Source: Verrucomicrobiota bacterium | Lineage (GTDB): Bacteria; Verrucomicrobiota; Verrucomicrobiia; Limisphaerales; CANJSG01 | DNA: 58,207 nucleotides | Assembly: GCA_038209745.1 (NCBI GenBank) | Contig: JBBQXJ010000021.1 | Location: 1 to 58,207 of the forward strand | Reading direction: 5' to 3' | Shown here: in pieces, positions 1 to 12,218 of the stretch | Position numbering within the stretch: position 1 is the first letter of the stretch | How the letters are laid out: each line of letters starts with the position of its first letter | Notes under the pieces: generated by a model | Told to the model about the DNA's origin: nothing | Seen by the model: only the letters and a program-made list of their open reading frames with translations | The model's database searches: none | Translations under genes and position numbers: made by a program

Positions 1-139
1 CAGCTCCCCGAGATCCTCCCCGCCGCTTGGGCCAGATCCCGCCAGCCCCTCCACAAAATCGCGGCATAGCGCGGCATAGATGTCATAGCCTATCGCTACG
101 ACATCTATGCCTTCAACCGGTGCTCGGCAGGACGCTTAC
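1..139 (+). mobile_element. Right end of an IS66-family insertion sequence (transposase C-terminus 1..69, terminal repeat ending at 139)
   Basis: Frame 1 reads QLPEILPAAWARSRQPLHKIAA*, resembling the IS66 TnpC C-terminal 'LP..W' motif. The segment ends GGACGCTTAC, the reverse complement of the IS66-type GTAAGCGT terminus. There is an internal hairpin at 73..111. Confidence 0.75.
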
Positions 140-374
140 GAAAGGGCTCTACGGCCCCGTGTTCGGAAAGACCGTGAAACATCAGTTCCTGGTCACCACC
201 GAAGGGGTCGTCGAGAGCCTGGACGGAGGCATCACCTGGTCCAGACCCATCCCGCCGCCGGCGGAGCTTGGCGGTTTGGCGGGACTCACCTGGCTGGAAT
301 ACGATCCGCAGCACGACGTCCTCTACCTGATGAAAATGACCAGCGACCTCTTTCGCCTGAATCGGGGTGGTTGA
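140..374 (+). pseudogene. 3' remnant of a BNR/Asp-box (sialidase-like propeller) gene interrupted by the IS
   Basis: SLDGGITW Asp-box motif. Protein-like sequence begins exactly after the IS end, and the N-terminal part of ORF 27..374 is IS DNA. Confidence 0.65.
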
Positions 375-405
375 GCGGTGAACCGGAACAATGCAGTCCA
401 AAGAA

Positions 406-530
406 GGGTAGGCTTTGAGCCTGCCCCGTTGGGCGTGGAAAGAACCCAGGGTTCCCCCATCGTGCTACGCGCTCACCGTTCAGTGGTTCCCTCCAGACTT
501 CGGTGTCACGGGCAGGGATGTCCGCCCTAC
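406..530. repeat. Degenerate inverted pair of GTAG-type REP-like elements
   Basis: GGGTAGGCTTTGAGCCTGCCCCGT at 406..429 and ACGGGCAGGGATGTCCGCCCTAC at 508..530, in opposite orientation. Confidence 0.45.
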
Positions 531-689
531 AAGGCTCCAACTGCTTCGTTCCGGCTGAAGCGAGAGCGTTTGGCGACCAGACGGAAACCAAACTGAGTTC
601 ACCACCGGAAAAAGCGGCCGGGTTCGTCCCATTCCTGCGGCTGGTCCAGATAGAAGGCATCGAGCCAGCGCTTTTCTTCGCCATTTTGA

Positions 690-905
690 ACGGGAGCACC
701 GCTTTCATTCGCGATGGAGACTGGAAACTCGTCGGCCGCGCTGTCGCTCCCGCGCAGGAAGTCCGACCTCACAATTGGGAGCTCTCCAATCTCAGGTGGG
801 ACCGGACCGAAATGAACAGTCTCGCCAACACCGAGAAGGATCGTGCGGCAAAAATGGCCGCGCAATGGAACGGGTTGTCCAAACGGGTGGGCGTGTATCC
901 AATGA
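690..905 (+). pseudogene. Arylsulfatase C-terminal fragment
   Basis: IRDGDWKLV...WELSNLRWDRTEMNSLA matches the sulfatase C-terminal 'R.G.WKL...ELY.L..D..E..NLA' pattern. There is no catalytic N-terminal domain. Boundaries are approximate. Confidence 0.65.
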
Positions 906-981
906 CCGTATCGAAAAATTGCGTCGGTCTTCAGACCCAACCCAGGGATAGGACCCGATAGCGACGGTGAACGCGGGCACC

Positions 982-1021
982 AAAGAAGAACGCCGATCCG
1001 GGGTCCCGGAGCGGCGTCTTC
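982..1021 (-). terminator. Intrinsic terminator of ppdK
   Basis: Minus-strand hairpin GAAGACGCCGCTCCGGG/CCCGGATCGGCGTTCTTC followed by TTTG, 20 nt past the stop codon. Confidence 0.7.
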
Positions 1022-1040
1022 GATGCAGCTTGGAAGCCGA

Positions 1041-3812
<2,772 letters not shown>

Positions 3813-4015
3813 AAATGTCGTGGTGCTGTTTGCGTGGTCCGTGATGCGGAAAACTGAACGAAAAAGCGCACGGACGCCGGATCCGCATCGTTCGGAAAAC
3901 GAGCGGCGACGCTAACAAAGGCAGAGGGCGAGTCAACGGGAGTTTGCCGTCCAACAGGCTGCAAACGGCAACTTAATGGGCTTTTCCAGGAAGAACACCA
4001 CCGGACCGGGCGCTG

Positions 4016-4204
4016 TCAGTCGAAGTCCGAACAGCTCATGAAGTAGTGGCAGCGCGGGCAGCGGAGCTTGCACTTCTCGTTGTGCAGCTCGTGGCTGCAG
4101 CGCGGACACCACCGCCAGTGCTCGCCGAGGATCGCTTCCCCTTCGAGCCGGCAGACAGTTTCGGCGGGCGGCCGCGCGTCGATTGGAGAAGGACGATCAT
4201 CCAT
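4016..4204 (-). CDS. Small zinc-ribbon protein (~62 aa)
   Basis: CPRC...C...CPRC....C pattern ending SCSDFD. ATG at 4204 preferred over the ORF-track start at 4237. Confidence 0.7.
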   Translation of the reverse strand: MDDRPSPIDARPPAETVCRLEGEAILGEHWRWCPRCSHELHNEKCKLRCPRCHYFMSCSDFD

Positions 4205-4260
4205 GACGGATTCCACCGTGGGGCGTCGGTCGCCCACGGTAAAGGCGGGATCAATCCGCC

Positions 4261-4296
4261 GAAAAGAAAGCGGGCGGATCCAATGGATCCGCCCGC
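4261..4296 (-). terminator. Intrinsic terminator
   Basis: Palindrome GCGGGCGGATCCA-A-TGGATCCGCCCGC followed on the minus strand by TTTCTTTTC, downstream of 4324..6159. Confidence 0.75.
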
Positions 4297-4323
4297 CCCG
4301 ACGATCAAGAAACTGGACCCCGC

Positions 4324-6159
4324 CTATTGCCGCGCGCTCGCCGGAGTCGGCGAATAGATCCGCAGCCGATAACCGTCCGGGCCAACCTCGCCACCGAAGA
4401 CGGCGAAGCCAAAATACTTCGCGACCTGCTCGAAGGGCGGATACAGGCGGTAGTCCAGCATCGCTCCGATCTTCGCGCCGAAGGCCAGACTGACCGGGGT
4501 TTCCGTGGGATCCGCGGCCCCAGCGGCCCAGAGCTTGGAGACGCCGGCTCCGATCCGGTTCTGCTCTTTGGTGTTCTGGAAGCCGAACAGCCCGTTGCCG
4601 GTGCCGCCCACCTTTTCAGCGGCGGCGGTCAGGCCTTCGAATTCGCGCAATGGTTTGCCCTTGCCGTCGCCGCTGCGGAGGAACTCCTCCAAAACGGCCG
4701 CGTCCGGCGAGAGGGCCAGATAGCCGGCACTGGCGACGAATTCGACCCCGTCACCGCCCGGGCCGGATACTTTGTAGATCTTGCGCCCGAGGAACTCGCG
4801 GTCCTTGACCATGCCCGGCGCCGCCAATGTCTCGATGAGGACCTTGATTCCATTGGCCAAACGCTCGGGCGCAGGAGAACCCACGAGGAACAACGAGCGC
4901 TGTTTGGTCATCGACTCAAGGGTGATCTGATCCGGCGCCTTCTGATAGACGATGATGTCGTCGCCCAGGTTGCCGAAGAGTTCCTTGCGGATGTCGAAGT
5001 TCGGATCGGCCGACTTGCCGGCGCTGTTGAGGACCATGTCCAGGGTGCTCTTGGCCGTGGGATTCAGTTCCCCGACCATCTTCTCCAGGCCGCTCCAGAA
5101 CTTGGCCAGATCCAGACGGAAGCGGGTCGCGCTGAGGACGTCCGCCGGCACAAAGCCCGGCGGCTCGGACGGCTTGGCTTCGCCCGCCAACAGCGCGATC
5201 AGGCCTTTCCTCTCGGCCATGGGCTGGCCGAGGAAGAAATCCACCAACGATCCACTGTCGCCGGCCTTCACGGCGAAGGACGCGCTCTTCAGGCCGGCAA
5301 GCCCGAGGATGTCGACCACCATCTTGGGGGAGATCGCGCCGCCGGCCGAGACGCGCGCGAGCGCGAGCTTGAGGATGGGCTGGGGGTTGGCCCAACCGAA
5401 GAACTGCGCGTCGCGGAAGAGTTTCGCCTGGGGCGCCTGATAGGCCGCCACCTCCGAGACCGAGGGCAAGGAGCCGCCGGCCTGCCGGATGAGCACACGC
5501 TCGATGCTCTTCGCCTGGGTCCCGATGATCAAAAGGGAATCCGACTGGCCGATGCTGATCTCGATCTTCTTCTCCGACTTCGCGGGTTTGTCGGCTTCAG
5601 CCTTTTCCTCGTCCTTGTCGGACTTCGGAAAGAGCGCGGCGATTTCCTTTTCGGTGGTTGCCCAGGTCATGAAATCGACGCCGCGGATCTTGTCCGAGCG
5701 GAGCGTGCGGCCGGCGTCGGTCCAGGATTTTTTCAGCTTGGCGAGCGTTCCCTTGAGCTGGTCCGCCTTGTCGCGGGCGTCCACCACGATGAGGAAGGCG
5801 GGCTCGGTTTCGTCGCCACCGGTCCAATCGCCCATCAATACGGCGAAGGTGACCTGGCCCTGGAGCAGGCCGTCGTAGTCCGCGGACTGGACCAGCAGCG
5901 CCTTCTCCAAGGGGATCACCGCATTCGTCCGAATGGCGCCCCACATATTGTCCCGAAACGCTTTCATCGCCGGGTCGCGGGTGATGGCGGTGGTCGGCGA
6001 CGTCTCGAAGAACGACTTGAGCTTGGCTGCTTCCGGCACGGTGACGAAGGCCAGCGTGTCGTCCGGGAGCAGCTTTTCCGGGGATGGCGCCGGGGCGGCG
6101 ACCGCAAAGAGGGCCGTGGCCAGCCAGCCGCCGGCGATGAGGGTTTTAAGAGAGGTCAT
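4324..6159 (-). CDS. Secreted hypothetical protein (DUF3352-like, PVC-type)
   Basis: Signal peptide, LLPDDTLAFVTVP and FVPADV repeats, consistent codon bias; 611 aa. Confidence 0.75.
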   Translation of the reverse strand: MTSLKTLIAGGWLATALFAVAAPAPSPEKLLPDDTLAFVTVPEAAKLKSFFETSPTTAITRDPAMKAFRDNMWGAIRTNAVIPLEKALLVQSADYDGLLQGQVTFAVLMGDWTGGDETEPAFLIVVDARDKADQLKGTLAKLKKSWTDAGRTLRSDKIRGVDFMTWATTEKEIAALFPKSDKDEEKAEADKPAKSEKKIEISIGQSDSLLIIGTQAKSIERVLIRQAGGSLPSVSEVAAYQAPQAKLFRDAQFFGWANPQPILKLALARVSAGGAISPKMVVDILGLAGLKSASFAVKAGDSGSLVDFFLGQPMAERKGLIALLAGEAKPSEPPGFVPADVLSATRFRLDLAKFWSGLEKMVGELNPTAKSTLDMVLNSAGKSADPNFDIRKELFGNLGDDIIVYQKAPDQITLESMTKQRSLFLVGSPAPERLANGIKVLIETLAAPGMVKDREFLGRKIYKVSGPGGDGVEFVASAGYLALSPDAAVLEEFLRSGDGKGKPLREFEGLTAAAEKVGGTGNGLFGFQNTKEQNRIGAGVSKLWAAGAADPTETPVSLAFGAKIGAMLDYRLYPPFEQVAKYFGFAVFGGEVGPDGYRLRIYSPTPASARQ

Positions 6160-6218
6160 GGGTGGTGGTTTGAATCTGGGTGAGGAGGACTGCTCCCGGG
6201 GCCGCCGAAAAGCCGGGG

Positions 6219-7256
6219 CTACTTCTTCGCACTGTCCGCGCCGGCCGGAGTCTTCGTGCGGCTGGGCGGTTCGAGGTAGCGGTAGGCGTTGCTCGGATTG
6301 TCGTTGTCGTAGGCATAGGCGTCGCGGTGGTCCAGGAAATACCGGACCCGGTCAACCGGGATGGCGAAGCCCAGTCCCTCGGCGAAGGTCAGCTTCATGT
6401 TCGTCACGCCGACGACTTCGCCCTTCAAATTGAAGAGGGCGCCACCGGAGTTGCCGGGATTGATCTGCGTGGTGGTCTGGAGATACAGCTCGCCCTCCAT
6501 CTGGCGGGTCTTGGTGCTGACGATGCCCTCCGTCACGGTGCGTTCCAGTCCCAGCGGGCTGCCGACCGCGAAGACCCGTTCGCCCACGGCCAGCGCGTCG
6601 GAATCCCCCAGCGGCACGAAGGCGAACTTCGGCGCGTCCTTGTCCTCCACCTTGAGCAGGGTGAGGTCGGCGAACTTGTTCATCGCGACGATGCGGACCT
6701 GCTTGTAGCTGCGGCGTTCCAATTGGCCGTTCCGCTGGTGGTAGACCTCGATGGAGATCTGCGTCTCGCCCTCGATGACGTGGAAATTGGTGATGAGATA
6801 ACCGTCCTCGTTGATGAAGAAGCCGGAACCCAGCCCGCCCGGTGTCCGCACCTGCACGACGGCTTGGCCGACCTCGCCGACCAGTTCGCGGACGGAACGT
6901 TCCGCGACGCCATCTCCCCTGACGGTGTAGAATCCCGCCTGGGTCGCCGGGGGTGCGGTGGCGACGGAAGCGGCGTCGGACCCGCTTTTGGCCGGAGCCG
7001 CGCCATCGGTGATCCGCACGATCTCGTCCCGGGGGACGGTCAGGACGGTGAAGCCCAGATCGACGATCACCGCCTCCTTCTTCTCGGCAAGGATCTTGCC
7101 GGAGACGGAGGCGTTCTCCTTCAGCTCGACGGTGGCTGCAACGCACGAAATACCCGCGAGCAACCAGCCGGCCACGATGGTCCTGCGACACATTCGGCGA
7201 AGATGCGGACCACGGGCCTGCCCGACAAGTGCCGGCTGAAAAATTCTGTTCGCCAC
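6219..7256 (-). CDS. Trypsin-like S1C (HtrA-type) serine protease without PDZ domain
   Basis: GSGFFI, TNFHVI, DLTLL and INPGNSGG catalytic triad motifs. The true start may lie further downstream. Confidence 0.92.
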   Translation of the reverse strand: MANRIFQPALVGQARGPHLRRMCRRTIVAGWLLAGISCVAATVELKENASVSGKILAEKKEAVIVDLGFTVLTVPRDEIVRITDGAAPAKSGSDAASVATAPPATQAGFYTVRGDGVAERSVRELVGEVGQAVVQVRTPGGLGSGFFINEDGYLITNFHVIEGETQISIEVYHQRNGQLERRSYKQVRIVAMNKFADLTLLKVEDKDAPKFAFVPLGDSDALAVGERVFAVGSPLGLERTVTEGIVSTKTRQMEGELYLQTTTQINPGNSGGALFNLKGEVVGVTNMKLTFAEGLGFAIPVDRVRYFLDHRDAYAYDNDNPSNAYRYLEPPSRTKTPAGADSAKK

Positions 7257-7298
7257 CGCCGTATTGCCCGGACTCCCGGCTGGTTCTAGCTTCTGCGC

Positions 7299-7601
7299 AT
7301 GGCGGATTCCGCATCACCGGTCGTCGACCCGGACGAGACGACGAAAGAAAAGCCGGCCGAGTCCCATGACTTCGGCTGGAGCGTCGTCGTCTGGAACGAT
7401 CCCGTGAACTTCATGGAGTTCGTCACCCACGTCTTCATGAACGTCTTTCGCTGGCCCAAACCGAAGGCCGAGAAACACATGCTCGAAGTCCACGAAAAGG
7501 GCCGCAGCGTCGTCGCCCAGGCCGGCTTCGAGAAAGCCGAGCACTACGTCCACCTCCTGCAGGGCTACTCGCTCCACGCCACCCTGGAGAAGGTCGGATG
7601 A
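7299..7601 (+). CDS. clpS: ATP-dependent Clp protease adaptor ClpS
   Basis: WNDPVNFMEFVT...MLEVHEKGRSVV motif; 100 aa. Confidence 0.93.
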   Translation: MADSASPVVDPDETTKEKPAESHDFGWSVVVWNDPVNFMEFVTHVFMNVFRWPKPKAEKHMLEVHEKGRSVVAQAGFEKAEHYVHLLQGYSLHATLEKVG

Positions 7602-8095
7602 AGCTTCTGCACCGGAACGACGAAACCTTGGGCGTCCAATGGAGCCACACTGAAAAGCGGCTCCTCGACGCCCTTGCGGAAACCTATCCCCTCCACCAGC
7701 CCGAAGAGCAGCCGCTCAGCCGGGAACCCTCCGATCTCCCGGACGGGGCGGAATCCTGGCTCCATGCCGCCCGCTCGGAAGAACTGAACCAGAACCGCGC
7801 CTGGCTGGGAGACCTCGTCCGTTCGGACCGCTTCCAACCGTCCGAGCAAGGCTGGCGGCAGGAACTGACCCATCCCGAAGTCGAGACCCTTCTGCAAATC
7901 CTGAACAACATCCGGGTCGGCGCCTGGGCCCGGCTCGGCTGCCCGGAAATCCTGCCCACTCTGGCGGATCTGCTCAAAGGGGGCGCGGATCGCAACGCCT
8001 GGCTGATGAAGCTGGCCGGCGAGCTCCAGATCGGTCTTCTGCTCGCCCTCGATGCGACCCTCGACGGGGAAGACACGGCACCGCCCGCCGAATGA
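7598..8095 (+). CDS. Hypothetical protein, DUF2017-like
   Basis: ATGA overlaps with both clpS and aat. LNNIRVGAWARLG resembles the actinobacterial DUF2017 protein that follows clpS. Confidence 0.65.
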   Translation: MKLLHRNDETLGVQWSHTEKRLLDALAETYPLHQPEEQPLSREPSDLPDGAESWLHAARSEELNQNRAWLGDLVRSDRFQPSEQGWRQELTHPEVETLLQILNNIRVGAWARLGCPEILPTLADLLKGGADRNAWLMKLAGELQIGLLLALDATLDGEDTAPPAE

Positions 8096-8769
8096 CCCCA
8101 CCGCTCCAGCCGCGTTTCCCTGATCCCCGGGACCTGCCGCCGGGCCAGCGCGCCGCTTCCCCCGTTGCCGCCGGAGGCGATCTTTCGCCCGCTTGTCTCC
8201 GGGAAGCCTATCGTCTCGGAATGTTCCCTTGGACCGAAGATCCCGTCACCTGGTGGTCGCCCGATCCGCGCGGCCTGCTGGAACTCGACCGGTTGCATGT
8301 CTCCCGCAGCCTGGCGCGCACCCTGCGACGGGATCCCTTCAAGGTGACGGTCGACGGGGCCTTTCCCGAGGTCGTCGCCGCCTGCGCCGTGGAACATCGG
8401 AAAGGCGGCGACTGGATCACGGCCGGATTCCAAGCCGCCTACTCCGAACTCCACCGGCTCGGCCACGCCCACAGCGTCGAATGCTGGCAGGAAGGCCGTC
8501 TCGTCGGCGGCATCTACGGCGTGCATGTGGGCGGTGTCTTCTGCGGCGAATCCATGTTCCACCGGGTGGACGACGCCTCCAAGACGGCGCTCGTCCATCT
8601 CGTGCGCCTTTTGCAGCAGGGCGGCTTCGCCTTCCTCGACGTGCAGATGGTGACCGAAGCGACCCGCCGCCTCGGCGCCGCCGAGGTTCCCCGCTCCGAA
8701 TTCCTCCGGCGCCTGCATGAAGCCCACGACCGACCCGTCCAATTCCCGACCCGGCTCCATCCGGCATGA
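8092..8769 (+). CDS. aat: Leucyl/phenylalanyl-tRNA--protein transferase
   Basis: AYRLGMFPW, WWSPDPR, AHSVECW, GESMF and ASKTAL motifs. Confidence 0.96.
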   Translation: MTPPLQPRFPDPRDLPPGQRAASPVAAGGDLSPACLREAYRLGMFPWTEDPVTWWSPDPRGLLELDRLHVSRSLARTLRRDPFKVTVDGAFPEVVAACAVEHRKGGDWITAGFQAAYSELHRLGHAHSVECWQEGRLVGGIYGVHVGGVFCGESMFHRVDDASKTALVHLVRLLQQGGFAFLDVQMVTEATRRLGAAEVPRSEFLRRLHEAHDRPVQFPTRLHPA

Positions 8770-8961
8770 TCCGACGCCGAATGGCTTCCCCTTGGAGCAT
8801 GGGGCCCGAAGCCGCTTTTCCGCTGACCTGACGAAGCCCTCACCGCCCCCGGTTGTCATTGGCTGGATCCATTGTTACAAGTGGGTTACAGACGTGGCTG
8901 CGGGAACCGATGAAGAATCCATCGCCCGGACTCGCGCCGGCAATCCATCCAGCAGCACCCA

Positions 8962-10283
8962 TGATCCGGCCACGCATCCCACATCGTTCGTTCTGCCTGC
9001 TCGCGCTCGGCCTGCTCCTCGCGGCCGTCAGCGGGTTGGCCCATGGCTTCCGGATCACGGCCCTGGATCCGGCCGGTGAAATCTCCTGGGCCGACGCCCC
9101 CGACCCCGGAGTCTGCACCGTGGAGGTCGCGTCGACGGTGGACGGCTACTGGACCGCGACCAAGAACGCGTTCAACACCGGCCCAGCCGGCTCGACCCGG
9201 CTGTTCGCCGCCAAGTCGAAGAACCGGTTCCACCGCGTCAGCGCCGTCGCGCTCACCCCGGATCCCGTCGGCTTCACGAATCTCATCCATTCCTACGGCC
9301 TGCTCGAAACGATCGTCGGCAGCGGCGTCGGCCGCACCGACAACATCAGCTATTGGATCCCGTCCTACGAAGGCGGACCCGCCACGTCCGCCGCCCTCTC
9401 CCGTCCGCACTTCGCCATGGCCGACAAGGCCGGCAACATCTACATCGCCGACAAGAACAGCCACTCCATCCTCCGCGTCGGCACCAATGGCCTCATCCAC
9501 ACCTTCGCCGGCACGCATGAAGGCGGCTTCGACGGCGAAGGCCCCGCCGCCGCGACGAACCTGATGCTGAATTTCCCCAACGGCCTCTGGGTCCGCGCCG
9601 ACGGCACCGTCTACGTGCTCGATACCGACAATGGCCGCGTGCGCCGCGTGGATACCAACGGCATCATGACCACGCTCTTCAACGCCACCGGCGATGGTTC
9701 CGCCATCAGCGGTGGACGCGGCATCTGGGTCGCCGACGACGAGTCGTTCGCCTACTTCTGCGCCGGCACAAAGATCCGCTCGTGGACCCCGTCCGATGGG
9801 GTGAAGACCGTCGCCTCCGGTTTCCAGGAACTCGGCACCGTGATGCCCGATCCTGCCGGAGGACTCCTCGTCTGCGACCGCGCCGCGGGACAGGCCAGCC
9901 GCGTCACGCTCGACGGAGTGATCACCATCCTCGCGGGCAACGGCCAGGCCAGCGGCGGCGGTGATGGTGCCGTGGCCACCGCGACCCGCTTGGCGGGCCT
10001 CCGCAGCGCATGGCCCGTTCCCACCGGCGGCTACCTCCTGATGACCCACGACGCCTCCCAGCTCTGGTATCTCGACGCCGCCGGCTACGTCCACCTGATG
10101 CTCAACGGCGCCGGCGGCACCACCCACGCCGGAGACGGCACCTGGTTCTACGCTCCGACCGAACTCCGCATGAGCGAAGGCCGCAGCGTCTCCCTCGACC
10201 ACGACGGCAACATCATCCTGTGCGAGAGCGACTACGGCTACATCCGCCGCATCCGCTTCCTCCCGATCTCCGCGACCGACTGA
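8962..10283 (+). CDS. Secreted NHL-repeat beta-propeller protein
   Basis: GNIYIADKNSHSILRV and DGTVYVLDTDNGRVRRV NHL repeats plus a signal peptide. The start is uncertain (ORF open from 8853). Confidence 0.85.
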
Positions 10284-10300
10284 ATCGGATCCACTGGCCC

Positions 10301-10409
10301 GGAGCGCGGAGCATCGCTCAGCAAGTCGTACAACGGGCTGCGGATTCCGCGTTCCATCGGGCATTCACCGAGCACCTCCCAGTCCTCGCGGAGCGATGCT
10401 CCGCGCTCC
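10301..10409. repeat. REPIN/MITE-like element with perfect 19-bp terminal inverted repeats
   Basis: GGAGCGCGGAGCATCGCTC (10301..10319) and its exact reverse complement (10391..10409). Confidence 0.75.
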
Positions 10410-10471
10410 TTATTGGTCGCCGACTTGCCATTGAGCCCCGCTCTGTTCGCGCATAGACTCTCGTCCACTCG

Positions 10472-12205
10472 ATGCCCGTCACCGACCACATCCGGAACAA
10501 GCTCTCGCAGGTGCCGCACAAGCCCGGCGTCTACCTGCACAAGGACCGATTCGGCACCGTGATCTACGTCGGCAAGGCCCGCGATCTCCGCAAGCGCGTC
10601 TCGCAGTATTTCCACCCGTCCCGCCGCATGGGCTGGGACCTGAAGTTCAACGCCCTCGTCGAGGCCATCCACGACTTCGACTGGCACACGGTGAAGTCCG
10701 AGCCCGAATCGCTCCTGCTCGAAAGCAAGCTGGTCAAGGACTTCAAGCCCCGCTTCAACATCGACCTGAAGGACGACAAACAGTTCCTCCTGCTCAAGGT
10801 CAACCTGGACGACCCCATCCCGCGCTTCACGTTGACCCGTCTGCGCAAGGACGACGGCGGCGTCTATTTCGGACCCTTCGCCCATAGCGGCAGCGTGCGC
10901 CGCGCGGTGGTCATGATGCGGAAGAAATTCCATCTCCGCGGCTGCCGCCCGCTCACCCCCGGCGAGAGCGACTACAAGCACTGCCTCTACGGCAACCTCA
11001 AACACTGCACCGCGCCCTGCATCGGCAACGTCACCCGCGAGCAATACCTCGAACAGGTCCGCGCCGGCATAGGCTTCCTCGAAGGCCAGACCGACGAACT
11101 CCTCACCGAGCTCGAAACGGAGATGCGCAAGGCCGCCACCAATCTGGATTTCGAAAAAGCCGCCCAGCTCCGAGACGCCATCGAGGACCTGAAACGCACC
11201 ACCCAGAAGACCGAGAAATTCGAGCGCATTCCCTACACCCTGCCCGTCTCGGTGAATCCCGAGGCCGACATGCGCGAGCTCGGCCGCCTGCTCGGTCTGC
11301 CCAAGGCGCCGGAACGCATCGAAGGCTTCGACATCTCGAACATCAGCGGGACGTTCATCGTGGCGTCGATGGTCAGCTTCTGGCACGGCCGGCCCGACCG
11401 GACAAACTACCGCCGCTTCAAGATGAAGACCGTGGAGTCCCAGAACGACTTCGCCTCCATGGCCGAAACCATCCACCGACGGTATTCACGGTTGAAGCGG
11501 GAAGTGGAAGGAAACGCGGCGGAGTCTTCGGAGCCCACTGAGCTGTCTGAACAGGGCGGCACTTTGGAAGAGACCAAGCAAACCCCTCCCTCCGACCCTC
11601 TGCCCGTCCGACGAGGAGAGGGTGGCCGCCGGCCGAATGAGGGTCCTGGCGGTCTCAGGGTTCGGGATCCGGCATCCGGCATCGGGAATCCGGCATCAGA
11701 TCTGAATCTCCCCTGGCTCCCCAAGCCACCCCCGTCCCCCAAGCTCCCCGACCTCATCCTGATCGACGGCGGCAAAGGCCAGCTCGGCATGGCCTGCGCG
11801 GAACTGGCCAAGCTCGGGCTCGGGCACATTCCCGTCATCGGTTTGGCCAAGGAATACGAGGAGATCTACCGACCCGGCGAAGACGAGCCGCTGCGCCTGA
11901 GCCACGACACGGGCGCATTGAAGCTGCTCCAGCGTGTGCGCGACGAATCGCATCGCGTGGCCAACACCTACAACGCCCAGCTCCGTCTGCGAAAGATCAG
12001 CGAAAGCATCCTCGACGAGTTCCCCGGCATCGGCGACGCGCGGAAGCTGACCCTCTTGAAGAAGTTCGGCAGCATCCAACGCCTCCGCTTGGCGACCTTG
12101 GAACAGATCGCCGCAGTCCCCGGGTTCGGCGGCAAGATGGCCCAGGAACTGAAGGCGTTCCTCGAAGCGAGGCAGGACAAACCGCAGGTCGGGCAACCAG
12201 TCTGA
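10472..12205 (+). CDS. uvrC: Excinuclease ABC subunit C
   Basis: GIY-YIG (PGVY...IYVGKA), Cys cluster, UVR coil, EGFDIS, DLILIDGGKGQ, RDESHR and HhH motifs. It carries a ~75-aa low-complexity insert. Confidence 0.96.
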   Translation: MPVTDHIRNKLSQVPHKPGVYLHKDRFGTVIYVGKARDLRKRVSQYFHPSRRMGWDLKFNALVEAIHDFDWHTVKSEPESLLLESKLVKDFKPRFNIDLKDDKQFLLLKVNLDDPIPRFTLTRLRKDDGGVYFGPFAHSGSVRRAVVMMRKKFHLRGCRPLTPGESDYKHCLYGNLKHCTAPCIGNVTREQYLEQVRAGIGFLEGQTDELLTELETEMRKAATNLDFEKAAQLRDAIEDLKRTTQKTEKFERIPYTLPVSVNPEADMRELGRLLGLPKAPERIEGFDISNISGTFIVASMVSFWHGRPDRTNYRRFKMKTVESQNDFASMAETIHRRYSRLKREVEGNAAESSEPTELSEQGGTLEETKQTPPSDPLPVRRGEGGRRPNEGPGGLRVRDPASGIGNPASDLNLPWLPKPPPSPKLPDLILIDGGKGQLGMACAELAKLGLGHIPVIGLAKEYEEIYRPGEDEPLRLSHDTGALKLLQRVRDESHRVANTYNAQLRLRKISESILDEFPGIGDARKLTLLKKFGSIQRLRLATLEQIAAVPGFGGKMAQELKAFLEARQDKPQVGQPV

Positions 12206-12218
12206 CCCAAATCCGGCA

